Counted from the stretch's first letter, positions 46,773 through 57,242 are shown. The stretch: 64,000 nucleotides of DNA from Steroidobacteraceae bacterium (GCA_036004505.1 DASYRK010000033.1:52184-116183); one strand, 5' to 3'. Translations and numbers: made by a program. Notes: generated by a model from the letters alone, not told the origin.

Positions 46773-47468
46773 TTGAAACCGTCAGCGCACGCCGCATACA
46801 GGGGTGACAGCACGCAACCGCGCTGGGAAGAGATCGACACCGTGCTGCTCGACATGGACGGCACGCTGCTCGATCTGCGCTTCGACAACTACTTCTGGCT
46901 GGAAATCCTCCCCGAGCGCTACGCACAGCGGCACGAGCTGTCGCTGGAGGCAGCGCGCGCAACGCTTGCACCGCTGTTCGTCGCGAAGCAGGGCACGCTC
47001 GACTGGTACTGCATCGATTTCTGGAGCCGCGAGCTGTCGCTCGACATCACGGAGCTGAAGCGCGAGGCATGTGGGGAAGTGCGCTTTCTGCCGGGCGCGG
47101 AGCGGTTCCTGCAGGCGTTGTACGAGAGCGGCCGCCATCCTGTGCTGGTCACCAACGCGCATCGCGGCGTGCTGGAAATCAAAGCTGCACAGACCGGGCT
47201 CGCGCGCTACTTCCGGCGCATCGTCAGCTCGCACGATTTCGGCGTGCCGAAGGAGCATCCGCGATTCTGGTCGCAGCTGCAGGCGCAGCTCGGGTTCGAT
47301 CCCGCACGCTGCCTGTTCGTCGACGACAGCATTGCCGTGCTGAACGCGGCGCGCGCGCACGGCATCGGACACATCTTCGCGATTACGCGTCCGGACTCGA
47401 CGCAGCACGCGCGGCGGATCGAGGGTTTCGACGCAGTGGAGTGCGTGGAAGCGTTGCTGTCGGGCTGA
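46773..47468 (+). CDS. yrfG: GMP/IMP nucleotidase (HAD superfamily)
   Basis: TVLLDMDGTLLDLRFDNYFW, LVTNAH, PKEHP, FVDDS. Start uncertain. Confidence 0.88.
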   Translation: MKPSAHAAYRGDSTQPRWEEIDTVLLDMDGTLLDLRFDNYFWLEILPERYAQRHELSLEAARATLAPLFVAKQGTLDWYCIDFWSRELSLDITELKREACGEVRFLPGAERFLQALYESGRHPVLVTNAHRGVLEIKAAQTGLARYFRRIVSSHDFGVPKEHPRFWSQLQAQLGFDPARCLFVDDSIAVLNAARAHGIGHIFAITRPDSTQHARRIEGFDAVECVEALLSG

Positions 47469-47535
47469 AGCTGCTGCGCAGGGATGCGCGAATGGCGCGG
47501 GCGCAGGATGCGCTGGAGTTGCCCGACCTACAACG

Positions 47536-49011
47536 TTAGTCGCCGCTTCCTTGGGGATTCGCCGGCGCGCCGCCGTCACCGCTGCGGCGGCCGCGACGGC
47601 GCCGTCGACGGCGCTTGGTGGGATCGCCCGGCTGCGCGTTGTCGGCATTCTGCGGAGGGGCGCTGCTGGCTGCAGCCGGTCGTTCGGGACGCGGCGGCCG
47701 GGCTGAACGCGGGCTACTATCTCGTCGCGGACCACTGTCCCGTCGCGGACCACGGCGTCCACCGCCGCCGCGACCGTTATTGTCATGCGGCCGGCCGCGT
47801 CCACCGTGACGGTAGCGCAGCGGCGCCGGCGCGGCGATCTCGGGCAGCATGTCCTGCGGCACCGGCGCGACCGGGATCTTGCGGCCGATATATGCCTCGA
47901 TGTCCGGCAGCGAGATCACGTATTCCTCGCAGCCGAAGCTGATTGCATCGCCTTCGGCGCCGGCGCGCGCCGTGCGGCCGATGCGATGCACGTAATCCTC
48001 GGGATCCTGCGGCAGGTCGTAGTTGAAGATGTGGCTGACGTCCGGAATGTGCAGGCCACGCGAGGCGACGTCGGTGCCGATCAGCACCGCGAGCGTGCCC
48101 TCGTGGAAGTCGCGCAGCATGCGCAGTCGCTTGCGTTGGGGCACGTCGCCGGAGATCGCCTCGGCGTTGATCTCATTGCTGCGCAGGAACTGCTCGATCT
48201 GTTCGGCCGCGCGGCGCGTATTGACGAATACCATGCTCCGGCGCGGATCCATGTGCTTCAGCAGCCCGACCAGCAGGCGCGGCTTCTCGTCGTTCGAGGG
48301 GTAGTAGATCACCTGACGCACGGCGTCGACCGTCATCTTGTCCGGCTCGATGCGCACCAGCGTTGGGTCGTTCATGTGCTCGTACGCGAGCTCCAGCACC
48401 CGGTGCGACAGCGTCGCGGAGAACAGCATGTTGAGACGCTGTTCCGGCGCGGGCAGGCGCCGCAGGATCCAGCGGATGTCGCTGATGAAGCCGAGGTCGA
48501 ACATGCGATCGGCCTCGTCGAGCACCAGCACCTGCACGGCGCGCAGATCGAACACGCGCTGCTTGGCGAAATCGATGATGCGGCCCGGCGTACCGATCAG
48601 CACGTCGACGCCCTGTTCCAGGATGTGGCGCTGCTTGTCGTAGTCGACGCCGCCGAACGCGAGCCCGAGCTTGAGGCCGGTGTGCGAGCCGAGCACCTCC
48701 GCGTCGCGATGGATCTGCACCGCCAGCTCGCGCGTTGGAGCGACGATCAGTGCGCGCGGCGCGCTGAGAGTGCGCGACGTGGGCGGCTCGGCGCGGATCA
48801 ACCGCGCGTACATCGCGACCAGAAACGCCGCGGTTTTTCCGGTTCCAGTCTGCGCCTGGCCGGCGATGTCCAGTCCGGCGAGCGCTTGCGGCAGCGTCTG
48901 CGCCTGAATCGGCGTACAGCGTTCGAACGAGGCGTCGGCGAGACCTTTCTGCAGCGCTTCGGGCAGATGCAGGCTCGAGAAGGACAGCTCTGTTAAATGC
49001 GAATCGGCCAT
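47536..49011 (-). CDS. rhlB: DEAD-box RNA helicase RhlB with disordered RG-rich tail
   Basis: AQTGTGKT, PTRELA, DEADRMFDLGF, SAT, HRIGRTARAG; divergent from trxA-rho. Confidence 0.9.
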   Translation of the reverse strand: MADSHLTELSFSSLHLPEALQKGLADASFERCTPIQAQTLPQALAGLDIAGQAQTGTGKTAAFLVAMYARLIRAEPPTSRTLSAPRALIVAPTRELAVQIHRDAEVLGSHTGLKLGLAFGGVDYDKQRHILEQGVDVLIGTPGRIIDFAKQRVFDLRAVQVLVLDEADRMFDLGFISDIRWILRRLPAPEQRLNMLFSATLSHRVLELAYEHMNDPTLVRIEPDKMTVDAVRQVIYYPSNDEKPRLLVGLLKHMDPRRSMVFVNTRRAAEQIEQFLRSNEINAEAISGDVPQRKRLRMLRDFHEGTLAVLIGTDVASRGLHIPDVSHIFNYDLPQDPEDYVHRIGRTARAGAEGDAISFGCEEYVISLPDIEAYIGRKIPVAPVPQDMLPEIAAPAPLRYRHGGRGRPHDNNGRGGGGRRGPRRDSGPRRDSSPRSARPPRPERPAAASSAPPQNADNAQPGDPTKRRRRRRRGRRSGDGGAPANPQGSGD

Positions 49012-49500
49012 TCGTGATTATGAAGTGTGCGAGAAACGACTTGTGGCGCGGCGAGCGCGGAGGTGATGCGGAGGAAAATAGCTCGGGGCACGCTTGCAAA
49101 TTGCCAGGGGTGCGGTTCTAATAAGCCTCAACGCAGCGGACTCATCCGCTCCCGCCCCGACCGGATCACCGGCTCCAAGCTCCTCGTAAAAAGACCCCCG
49201 CCGGCGTGCCATGTGGGGTGCCATGTCGAACAGGCATATTTGACTATTGGTCTGAGCCAGGCTTACACCGAGCACGAGCAACCGCTCACATACAGTTTTT
49301 TCGGCCAAAGAGTTTTCGGCTAGAGAGTTTAGACGGAGGCTGATCAGCCCCAAGACGGCGCATTGTGCCCGAGCGCGACTGTCGAGTCACTTGGGTTTTT
49401 TCCTGCGTCCCGCCGCGACGCCCTGCGAATACTCACTGGATCGAACGAGCACCCGCCTGCAGCAGGCGGCAACCAGCAATTTTTCAAGGAGATCTCTCGG

Positions 49501-49833
49501 GTGACGACGAGCGAAACGATTGCGCAGACCAGCGACGCCAGCTTCGAGGAGGACGTGCTCAAGGCGCGCCGTCCGGTACTGATCGACTTCTGGGCCGAGT
49601 GGTGCGGCCCGTGCAAGGCGATCGCCCCGATGCTGAGCGAGATCGCCGCGGAATACCGCGACAAAGTCACGATCGTGAAGCTCAACGTCGACGAGAATCC
49701 CAAAATATCGCAGCGCTTCAACGTGCGCAGCATCCCGACCCTCATCCTCTTCAAGAACGGCCAGGTCGAAGGCCAGAAGGTCGGAGCCCCCCGTAAATCA
49801 GACCTGGTCGCATTTCTGGACAGCAAACTGTGA
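49501..49833 (+). CDS. trxA: Thioredoxin
   Basis: [20 protein letters not shown] start has an AAGGAG SD. Confidence 0.96.
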   Translation: MTTSETIAQTSDASFEEDVLKARRPVLIDFWAEWCGPCKAIAPMLSEIAAEYRDKVTIVKLNVDENPKISQRFNVRSIPTLILFKNGQVEGQKVGAPRKSDLVAFLDSKL

Positions 49834-51290
49834 GAGGCTATCTCGGTAATCAGGCCCGTAACCGTCCGGGCAAAGGTGGCGGTGGCGGCGGTCGTCCGAA
49901 CCGCGGCAACGACGGCAACCGCGATCGCGGCGGCAATCACCGGCAGATGCACGACGACCTGCCGGTCGACGATTTCGACGCCGACGACGTAGGCATCATT
50001 TCCCCAACCGAGCTCGCAGCGTCGCGTCAGTCGATGAACCTGACGCAGCTCAAGCTCAAACCCGTGTCCGAGCTGGTCGAGATCGCGACCAAGATGGGCC
50101 TGGAAAACCTGGCCCGCTCGCGCAAGCAGGACATCATCTTCTCGATCCTCAAGGCGCACGCGCGCAGCGGCGAGGACATCTACGGCGACGGCGTGCTGGA
50201 GATCCTGCAGGACGGCTTCGGCTTCCTGCGCTCCTCCGACAGCTCCTACCTCGCCGGGCCCGACGACATCTACGTCAGCCCGAGCCAGATCCGCCGCTTC
50301 AACCTGCGCACCGGCGACTCGATCTCCGGACTGATCCGCCCGCCGAAAGACGGCGAGCGCTACTTCGCGCTGCTGAAGGTCGGCGAGATCAACTTCGACT
50401 CGCCGGAAGGCGCGCGGCACAAGGTTCTGTTCGAGAACCTGACGCCGCTCCATCCGACCAAGCGGCTCAAGCTCGAGCGCGGCAACGGCTCCAGCGAGGA
50501 CCTGACCGCGCGCATCATCGACCTGGTCGCGCCGATCGGCAAAGGCCAGCGCGGCCTGATCATCTCGCCGCCGAAAGCCGGCAAGACGATGCTGCTGCAG
50601 AACATCGCCACGTCGATCACCTCGAATCATCCCGACGTGTACCTGATCGTGCTGCTGATCGACGAGCGTCCCGAGGAAGTGACCGAGATGGCGCGCACCG
50701 TGCGCGGCGAGGTCGTGTCCTCGACGTTCGACGAGCCGGCCACGCGCCACGTGCAGGTCGCCGAGATGGTGATCGAGAAGGCGAAGCGGCTGGTCGAGCA
50801 CAAGCGCGACGTCGTGATCCTGCTGGACTCGATCACGCGCCTGGCGCGCGCCTACAACACCGTGGTGCCGAGCTCCGGCAAGGTGCTGACGGGCGGCGTC
50901 GACGCGAACGCCCTGCAGCGTCCGAAGCGCTTCTTCGGCGCGGCGCGCAACATCGAAGAGGGCGGCTCGCTGACGATCCTCGCGACCGCGCTGATCGACA
51001 CCGGCTCGCGCATGGACGACGTGATCTACGAAGAGTTCAAGGGCACCGGCAACTCGGAAATCCACCTGGATCGCCGCGTGTCGGAGAAGCGCGTGTTCCC
51101 GGCGGTGAACATCAACCGTTCCGGCACCCGCCGCGAAGAGCTGATCACCTCGTCCGAGGAGCTGCAGAAGATCTGGATTCTGCGCAAGCTCCTGCACCCG
51201 ATGGACGAGCTCGCGTCGATCGAGTTCCTCATCGACAAGATGAAGGATACGAAGACCAACGCGGACTTCTTCGACGCGATGAAGCGGTAA
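49830..51290 (+). CDS. rho: Transcription termination factor Rho with N-terminal low-complexity extension
   Basis: [54 protein letters not shown]. Confidence 0.97.
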   Translation: MRGYLGNQARNRPGKGGGGGGRPNRGNDGNRDRGGNHRQMHDDLPVDDFDADDVGIISPTELAASRQSMNLTQLKLKPVSELVEIATKMGLENLARSRKQDIIFSILKAHARSGEDIYGDGVLEILQDGFGFLRSSDSSYLAGPDDIYVSPSQIRRFNLRTGDSISGLIRPPKDGERYFALLKVGEINFDSPEGARHKVLFENLTPLHPTKRLKLERGNGSSEDLTARIIDLVAPIGKGQRGLIISPPKAGKTMLLQNIATSITSNHPDVYLIVLLIDERPEEVTEMARTVRGEVVSSTFDEPATRHVQVAEMVIEKAKRLVEHKRDVVILLDSITRLARAYNTVVPSSGKVLTGGVDANALQRPKRFFGAARNIEEGGSLTILATALIDTGSRMDDVIYEEFKGTGNSEIHLDRRVSEKRVFPAVNINRSGTRREELITSSEELQKIWILRKLLHPMDELASIEFLIDKMKDTKTNADFFDAMKR

Positions 51291-51295
51291 GAGCT

Positions 51296-51423
51296 ACAGG
51301 GGTCCTTGTGACCCCTGTCACATTCCCTCCGCATCCGCCTGACATCCGTGTCAGGCTCCGCCTCAGTGTTGCGATGCGCATCTCGGACCGGCGGCTGTCA
51401 GGTCATTAACGTAATGCGCCTGA
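51296..51423. other. Three tandem hairpins between rho and the EAL gene
   Basis: ACAGGGGTC/GACCCCTGT (51296-51318), GCCTGACA/TGTCAGGC (51337-51356), TCAGG-CATTA/TAATG-CCTGA (51398-51423). No U-tracts. Confidence 0.6.
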
Positions 51424-51445
51424 ACCACCACCGGCCCGCTGGCGC

Positions 51446-53287
51446 ATGTCCGAAGTCCGTCCCGACTCGCCGACCTTGCGATTGCGCAGGCTCGACGCCG
51501 CGACGCACGAGCTTACCGAGCTCGTGCGCGAGGGCCGCATTTCGACCCTGTTCCAGCCCATCGTCGACCCGCGCTCGCGCGGCGTCTGCGGCTTCGAGGC
51601 GCTGACCCGCGGCCCGTCCGACAGCTGGCTGCACTCCCCGCAGAACCTGTTCGAAGCGGCACGCAAGAGCGGCGTGAAGCTGCAGCTCGACTTCCTGTGC
51701 ATACAGAGCGCGTTCAAGCGCTTCGCGGCCTCGCGCGTCGCCGGGCTCCTGTTCGTCAACGTCTCGCCGGACACCGTCTACGAAGAGCCGAACTTCGCCA
51801 CGCGCTTTCTTGAATACGCGACGACGGCCGGCGTGCCGCCCGACCGTTGCGTCATCGAGCTGACCGAAGAAAGCCTGCTCGATGACTACGCGCGCCTGCG
51901 TTCGACGCTGCAGCGGCTGCGCGAGGCGGGCTGCGCGATCGCGATCGACGATCTCGGCGCCGGCTCCTCCGGCCTGCGCACCTGGTCCGAGCTCAAGCCC
52001 GACTACGTGAAGATCGATCGCTACTTCGTCAGCGGCATCGATTCCGACCAGACCAAGCTGGAGTTCGTGCGCTCCATGCTCGACATGGGCCGCGCCATGG
52101 GCTGCCGCGTGATCGCCGAGGGCGTGGAGACCGAGCGCGAGTGCCGCGAGCTGGTCGATCTCGGCATCGATCGCCTGCAGGGCAACCTGTTCGGCCGCCC
52201 GGACCACGCGCCGATGGCAGCGCTGCAGCAGCTCGAATCGCTGGATCGTTCGATCGTCACGCACACTGCGCTGTGCGCGGAGCACATCGCCACGTACGTG
52301 CGGCCGGTCGCGCCGGACATGCGCGTGCACGAGCTCGCCGACCTGTTCCGCGATCATCCGGATCACCTGACGTTGCCGGTCGTGCAGGAAGGGCGCCCGC
52401 TCGGCGTCGTCCGCCGCGAGCAGCTGTTCGACCTGCTGGCGAAGCCGCTGCACCCGGAGATCTACAACAAGAAGCCGGTCACCGCGATCATGGAGTCGCC
52501 GACGTTGCTGGTCGACGGTCAGCTGCGCCTCGAACAGGTCAGCCGGCTGGTGACGCAGAAGGGCCGCCCGCGCTTGACCGAAGAGTTCGTGATCACCAAG
52601 GACGGCCGCTATCACGGCCTCGGCCAGACCATCGACGTGCTGCGCCTGATCACCGAGCAGCAGCTGCAATCGGCCAAGCACTCCAATCCGCTGACGCTGC
52701 TGCCGGGCAACGCGGCGCTGCGCAGCTGTATCGATCGCCTGATCGAGAATCGCAAACGCTTCGTGGTCGCGTACTTCGATCTCGATTCGTTCAAGCCGTA
52801 CAACGACGTCTACGGCTATGCGCAGGGCGACCAGGTCATCCTGCATCTCGCCGGCCTGCTGAAGAACATGTTCTCGGCGCGGCTCGATTTCGTCGCGCAC
52901 GTCGGCGGCGACGACTTCATCGTGGTGATGCGCTCGGCCGACTGGCGCGAGCGCGTCAACCGCATCATCCAGCGCTTCACGTCGACGGTCGCGAATTTCT
53001 ACTCGCCGGAGCACGCGGCGGCCGGGCAGATCGTCGCTCCCGACCGTGATGAGAAGCAGCAGACGTTCCCGCTGCTGACGGTCTCCGTGGCTGCGCTGGA
53101 CTCGCAGACGACCGGCGCCGGCAGCGCCGACGCGGTCGCGCACCTGCTCGCGCACGTCAAGAAGCTGGCCAAGCAGCAGCCCGGCAACAGCTTCGTCCTG
53201 CGCAGCGACGAGCGGGTCGTCGATCTGCTGGCGGCGCGCAAGCCGGACACGGAAGGGCAGCTCGCCGTCGGGCAGAGCCTGTACTAG
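51446..53287 (+). CDS. EAL-CBS-GGDEF c-di-GMP metabolism protein
   Basis: FEALTR, FVNVSP, IELTE, IDDLGAGSS, VKID, AEGVE; CBS pair; DLDSFKPYNDVYG and HVGGDDF. Confidence 0.92.
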   Translation: MSEVRPDSPTLRLRRLDAATHELTELVREGRISTLFQPIVDPRSRGVCGFEALTRGPSDSWLHSPQNLFEAARKSGVKLQLDFLCIQSAFKRFAASRVAGLLFVNVSPDTVYEEPNFATRFLEYATTAGVPPDRCVIELTEESLLDDYARLRSTLQRLREAGCAIAIDDLGAGSSGLRTWSELKPDYVKIDRYFVSGIDSDQTKLEFVRSMLDMGRAMGCRVIAEGVETERECRELVDLGIDRLQGNLFGRPDHAPMAALQQLESLDRSIVTHTALCAEHIATYVRPVAPDMRVHELADLFRDHPDHLTLPVVQEGRPLGVVRREQLFDLLAKPLHPEIYNKKPVTAIMESPTLLVDGQLRLEQVSRLVTQKGRPRLTEEFVITKDGRYHGLGQTIDVLRLITEQQLQSAKHSNPLTLLPGNAALRSCIDRLIENRKRFVVAYFDLDSFKPYNDVYGYAQGDQVILHLAGLLKNMFSARLDFVAHVGGDDFIVVMRSADWRERVNRIIQRFTSTVANFYSPEHAAAGQIVAPDRDEKQQTFPLLTVSVAALDSQTTGAGSADAVAHLLAHVKKLAKQQPGNSFVLRSDERVVDLLAARKPDTEGQLAVGQSLY

Positions 53288-53313
53288 GTAGGTCGGGCTG
53301 AAGCCCGACCTAC
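53288..53313. repeat. GTAG-type REP palindrome
   Basis: GTAGGTCGGGC-TGAA-GCCCGACCTAC directly after the stop codon. Confidence 0.8.
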
Positions 53314-53349
53314 AGTCAACCTCCGCGCCGCTCAGCCGTTCTCACCTGC

Positions 53350-54741
53350 ATGACGCTGGACGCAGTCGTTGCGGCAAATCGCTTTGGCCTCGGCGCCCGC
53401 CCGGGCGAGCTCGATCGGGCGCGCAGTGACCCGCGCGGCTGGCTGCAACAGCAGATCGCCGGCTCGCGACCGTTGCCGGACGAAATTCGCCGCCTGCCGT
53501 CGTCCGCGGAGATCTTCAAGACCTATTCCGAGCTGCGCCGCGACCGCAAGGAGGCCCAGTCGGATTCGGCCGCCGCGAAGCGCTTGCTCGGCGCGCTGCG
53601 CACCCAGCTCGCGCCGTACTACCTCGACCAGGTCGCCGCACGCTACCGCGTTGCCGTCGCGACGGCAGAGTCGTTCCGCGAGCGGCTGGTGCATTTCTGG
53701 ACCAACCATTTCGCCGTCTCCGCCGACAAGCCGCAGGTGCTCGCGCTCGCCGGCACGCTGGAGAACGAAGCGATCCGGCCGCACCTGACCGGACGCTTCG
53801 CCGACATGCTCGCCGCGGTCGAGGCGCATCCGGCGATGATCCTCTACCTGGACAACCAGGCTTCGATCGGCCCGGGGTCGCAGCTCGCGCAGCGTCGCGG
53901 CCGGCGCGCGGCAGCGAACGATCGCAAGCTCGGCATCAACGAGAACCTCGCGCGCGAGATTCTCGAGTTGCACACGCTCGGCGTCGACGGCGGCTACACG
54001 CAGCAGGACGTCACGACGTTCGCGAAGGCGCTGACCGGCTGGTCGCTCGGGGCCGATCGTCCGTTCGCGGGCGGCGAGCCGGGCAAGTTTGCGTTTCACG
54101 ATGCCGCGCACGAGCCGGGCGTGAAGACGATCCTCGGCACGCGCTATGCGCAGTCAGGCGTTGCGCAGCCCCGGGCCGTGCTGGCGGATCTCGCGCGACA
54201 TCCCGCGACTGCGCGACACCTTGCGTTCAAGCTCGCGCGGCATTTCGTTGCCGACGATCCGCCCGCCGACGCCGTGGAGCGCATCGCGAAGGCGTTCAGC
54301 GCCAGCGCTGGCGATTTACCGACTGTCTATCGCGCAGTGCTCGACACTCCGGCCGCATGGGCCACGCCTGCCGTGAAATTCAAGACGCCGCACGAGCTCG
54401 TCGTATCCGGGTTGCGCATGATCGATTTCATGCCGGCTGAGCCGCGCCAGATCGCCGCACCGTTCGAGCTGCTCGGGCAGCGCCCGTACACGCCGGGCTC
54501 GCCCGCCGGCTGGCCCGACACCGCGACGCAATGGGACGGAGCGGATGCGTTGCTGAAGCGCATCGAGTGGGCGGGCTCCGTTGCCGGGCGCGTCGCGAGC
54601 CGCGAGCAGCCGCTCAATCTCGGCGAGCGGTCGCTCGGCGCGGCGCTCAACGAGCGCACGCGAGTCGCGATGACGCGCGCCGCGAGCGCGGAGCAGGGCA
54701 TCACGCTGCTGCTCGCGAGTCCGGAATTTCAACGCAGATGA
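53350..54741 (+). CDS. DUF1800-family protein
   Basis: NRFGLG, ERLVHFWTNHFAVS, YLDN, INENLAREILELHTLG, SPEFQRR. Confidence 0.93.
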   Translation: MTLDAVVAANRFGLGARPGELDRARSDPRGWLQQQIAGSRPLPDEIRRLPSSAEIFKTYSELRRDRKEAQSDSAAAKRLLGALRTQLAPYYLDQVAARYRVAVATAESFRERLVHFWTNHFAVSADKPQVLALAGTLENEAIRPHLTGRFADMLAAVEAHPAMILYLDNQASIGPGSQLAQRRGRRAAANDRKLGINENLAREILELHTLGVDGGYTQQDVTTFAKALTGWSLGADRPFAGGEPGKFAFHDAAHEPGVKTILGTRYAQSGVAQPRAVLADLARHPATARHLAFKLARHFVADDPPADAVERIAKAFSASAGDLPTVYRAVLDTPAAWATPAVKFKTPHELVVSGLRMIDFMPAEPRQIAAPFELLGQRPYTPGSPAGWPDTATQWDGADALLKRIEWAGSVAGRVASREQPLNLGERSLGAALNERTRVAMTRAASAEQGITLLLASPEFQRR

Positions 54742-55940
54742 GAATGCCCATGACCAGCCGCCGCGCATTCGTTGGTGGAGCTCTTGCAGCCGGCGCTGCG
54801 GCGATGCTGCCCCGGTGCGTGTTCGCCGACGTCGCGACCGATGCGCGCTTCGTGCTGGTGATCCTGCGTGGCGCGCTCGACGGCCTCGCCGCTGTGCCCG
54901 CTTACGGTGATGGCAGCTACGCCGCGAAGCGCGGCGCGCTGGCAATCACGGCGCCCCAACTCAAGCTCGACAGCACGTTCGCCTTGCACCCTTCGCTCAC
55001 GAATCTGCACCAGCGCTTCCAGGCGCAAGAGCTGATCGTTTTTCATGCAGTGGCGTCGCCTTATCGCGAGCGCTCGCACTTCGACGGCCAGGATCTGCTC
55101 GAGAACGGGACGACCGCGCCGAAAGCTGCGCACGACGGTTGGCTGAATCGCGCGCTGCCGCTGCTGCCTGAAGCGAAGCAGCGTGCGACCGATCGGATTG
55201 CACTCGCGCTCGCGCAGAACGTGCCGCTGGTCCTGCGCGGCGACGCTCGCGTCGGCTCGTGGGCGCCGTCGCGATTGCCCGAGACGGATTCCGATACCCT
55301 GCAGCGCATCGCCGATCTGTACTCGACCGACGAATACTTCGCGAGCCGGCTGCAATCCGCGCTGGCCGCGGACCAGGTTGCGGGCGAGGGCGGCGGCATG
55401 GGCGCGGGCCGTCGCGATCCGCTCAATGCGCTCGGTCCCGTTGCCGCAGCGGCCGGGAAATTCCTCGCCGCCGCGGATGGCCCGCGCATCGCGGTCCTCG
55501 AAGCGAGCGGCTGGGACACGCACGCCAACCAGGGCGCGGAGCGCGGGCAGCTGGCGAACCGGTTGCGCGGTCTCGACCAGGCGCTCGACAGTCTGCGGAC
55601 ATCGCTTGGCGCAGCGTGGGCGCGAAGCGCGGTTCTCGTCGTCACGGAGTTCGGCAGAACTGTCGCAGTCAACGGCACGCAAGGAACGGATCACGGCACG
55701 GCGACGTGCGCGTTCCTCACGGGGGGCGCAATTGCAGGTGGGCGCGTGATCGCGGATTGGCCGGGACTCGCGACCAGCGCGCTCTACGAAGGCCGCGACC
55801 TGCGCCCCACGACCGATCTGCGCTCGATCCTGAAAGGCGTGCTCGCCGCGCACCTCGGCGCAGCCGAGAGCGGACTCGAGGAGCAGGTGTTTCCGGGCAG
55901 CCGCACAGCGCGGCCGCTCGAGCGTCTCGTGAAAGTCTGA
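54738..55940 (+). CDS. DUF1501-family protein (Tat-exported)
   Basis: TSRRAFVGG Tat motif, LRGALDGL, RSHFDGQ, WDTHANQ, TEFGRT, GTDHG. Confidence 0.93.
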   Translation: MRMPMTSRRAFVGGALAAGAAAMLPRCVFADVATDARFVLVILRGALDGLAAVPAYGDGSYAAKRGALAITAPQLKLDSTFALHPSLTNLHQRFQAQELIVFHAVASPYRERSHFDGQDLLENGTTAPKAAHDGWLNRALPLLPEAKQRATDRIALALAQNVPLVLRGDARVGSWAPSRLPETDSDTLQRIADLYSTDEYFASRLQSALAADQVAGEGGGMGAGRRDPLNALGPVAAAAGKFLAAADGPRIAVLEASGWDTHANQGAERGQLANRLRGLDQALDSLRTSLGAAWARSAVLVVTEFGRTVAVNGTQGTDHGTATCAFLTGGAIAGGRVIADWPGLATSALYEGRDLRPTTDLRSILKGVLAAHLGAAESGLEEQVFPGSRTARPLERLVKV

Positions 55941-55943
55941 CCG

Positions 55944-57242
55944 TCAGCGCTTCTGGAGCCGCAGCAGCAGCACAGCGAGGCGCTGCGACTGGATCGGGAA
56001 CGTGCGCAGGTCGGCGACCTCGTCCGGCGTGTGGTTGCCGTGACCGAGCAGGCCGATGCCATCGATCGCCATCTCCACGTAGTCCGCGGCGTATGAGATA
56101 TCCGCTGCGCCGGCGCGTCGCGGATCGACTGCGGTCACGGGACCGAAGCCGAGATCGCGGCTGACCGCGTCATACATCGCCAGCAACTTCTTGTTACCTG
56201 CGGTCGGCGGCATCGGCGGACCGCTGTCCGTGAACGTGATCGTCGCCGAAGCTCCGGGCAGGCTCGCCGCGACGATCTTCTGCATGCGCTGCTTGGTGCG
56301 CTCCAGCTGCTCGTTGGAGATCGTGCGCAGATCGCCGGTCGCAACCGCCACCGGCGCGACGATGTTGTCCTTGCCGAACGTTTCGGCGTGCAGCTGTTCC
56401 TGATCGAAGTTGAGTTGCGTGCTGCCGGCGATCAGGCCCGGGTTGAAAGTCAGCAGCTCTTCGCCGTGCAGCTCGTCGTAGAACGTGTGCAGGATGCGTG
56501 CGAGCTCGTAGATCGCGCCGGCGCCGACGTCGTCGGTGAAGATCTGCGACGAGTGCGCGCTGCGCGCTTTGACGTCGATCCGCCAGCCTGTGTAGCCGCG
56601 ACGCGCAGTGAGCGCGGTCTTCGGATCGTCCGCACCGTTCTCCAGTCCGATTGCGACATCCGCAGCCTTCGCCGCTTCGACCAACGCCGCGCGCGCGGCC
56701 GTGATCGGCTGCCCCGCGTCTTCCTCGTCACCCATCATCACCACCGTGATGTGCATACCGTCGAGCGCTTTCGTTTCCTCGAGCGCGGTCAGCGCCGCCA
56801 GCGCGACCACCAGGCCGCCTTTCATGTCGGACGTTCCCGGACCCTTGGCGGTCTGCGCATCGATGCGCTCGAAGCGCTGGAACGGATGGTTCGGCTCGAA
56901 CACCGTGTCGAGGTGACCGATCAGCAGCACGTGCCGGCCCGGCCCGGGATGCTCGGCGATCAGGTGCCCGGCGCGACCGAACGCCGAGCCGTCTTCCCAG
57001 CGCACCTTGAAGCCGAGCGCTGCGAAACGCGGCTGGAGCACGTCCGCGACCTTGCGCACGCCCGCGAAGTTCAGGGTGCCGCTGTTGATGTTGACGACCT
57101 GCTCCAGCAGCGCTATCGAGCTCTGCTCCTGGGCCTGCACGCGCTTGACCAGCGAGCGTTCGGCCGCGGACGGCGCGGCGCTGGCCGCTCCCGTAACACA
57201 CAGGACAGCCAGACAGGAAAGCGCAGGCAGCACGGATCGCAT
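55944..57242 (-). CDS. Exported M20-family metallopeptidase (carboxypeptidase G2-like)
   Basis: Signal peptide, GHLDTVF, DMKGG, GDEE, GAAD, NHTPDE. Confidence 0.9.
   Translation of the reverse strand: MRSVLPALSCLAVLCVTGAASAAPSAAERSLVKRVQAQEQSSIALLEQVVNINSGTLNFAGVRKVADVLQPRFAALGFKVRWEDGSAFGRAGHLIAEHPGPGRHVLLIGHLDTVFEPNHPFQRFERIDAQTAKGPGTSDMKGGLVVALAALTALEETKALDGMHITVVMMGDEEDAGQPITAARAALVEAAKAADVAIGLENGADDPKTALTARRGYTGWRIDVKARSAHSSQIFTDDVGAGAIYELARILHTFYDELHGEELLTFNPGLIAGSTQLNFDQEQLHAETFGKDNIVAPVAVATGDLRTISNEQLERTKQRMQKIVAASLPGASATITFTDSGPPMPPTAGNKKLLAMYDAVSRDLGFGPVTAVDPRRAGAADISYAADYVEMAIDGIGLLGHGNHTPDEVADLRTFPIQSQRLAVLLLRLQKR

Noticed and set aside
49018-49353. 111-aa minus-strand ORF upstream of rhlB
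   Set aside because: It has atypical codon usage and no recognisable motif or SD; its repeated residues come from the DNA tandem repeats.
51315-51415. PhoB boxes (CTGTCA) upstream of the EAL-CBS-GGDEF gene
   Set aside because: The half-sites are not in the required 11-bp tandem spacing and are explained by hairpin arms.
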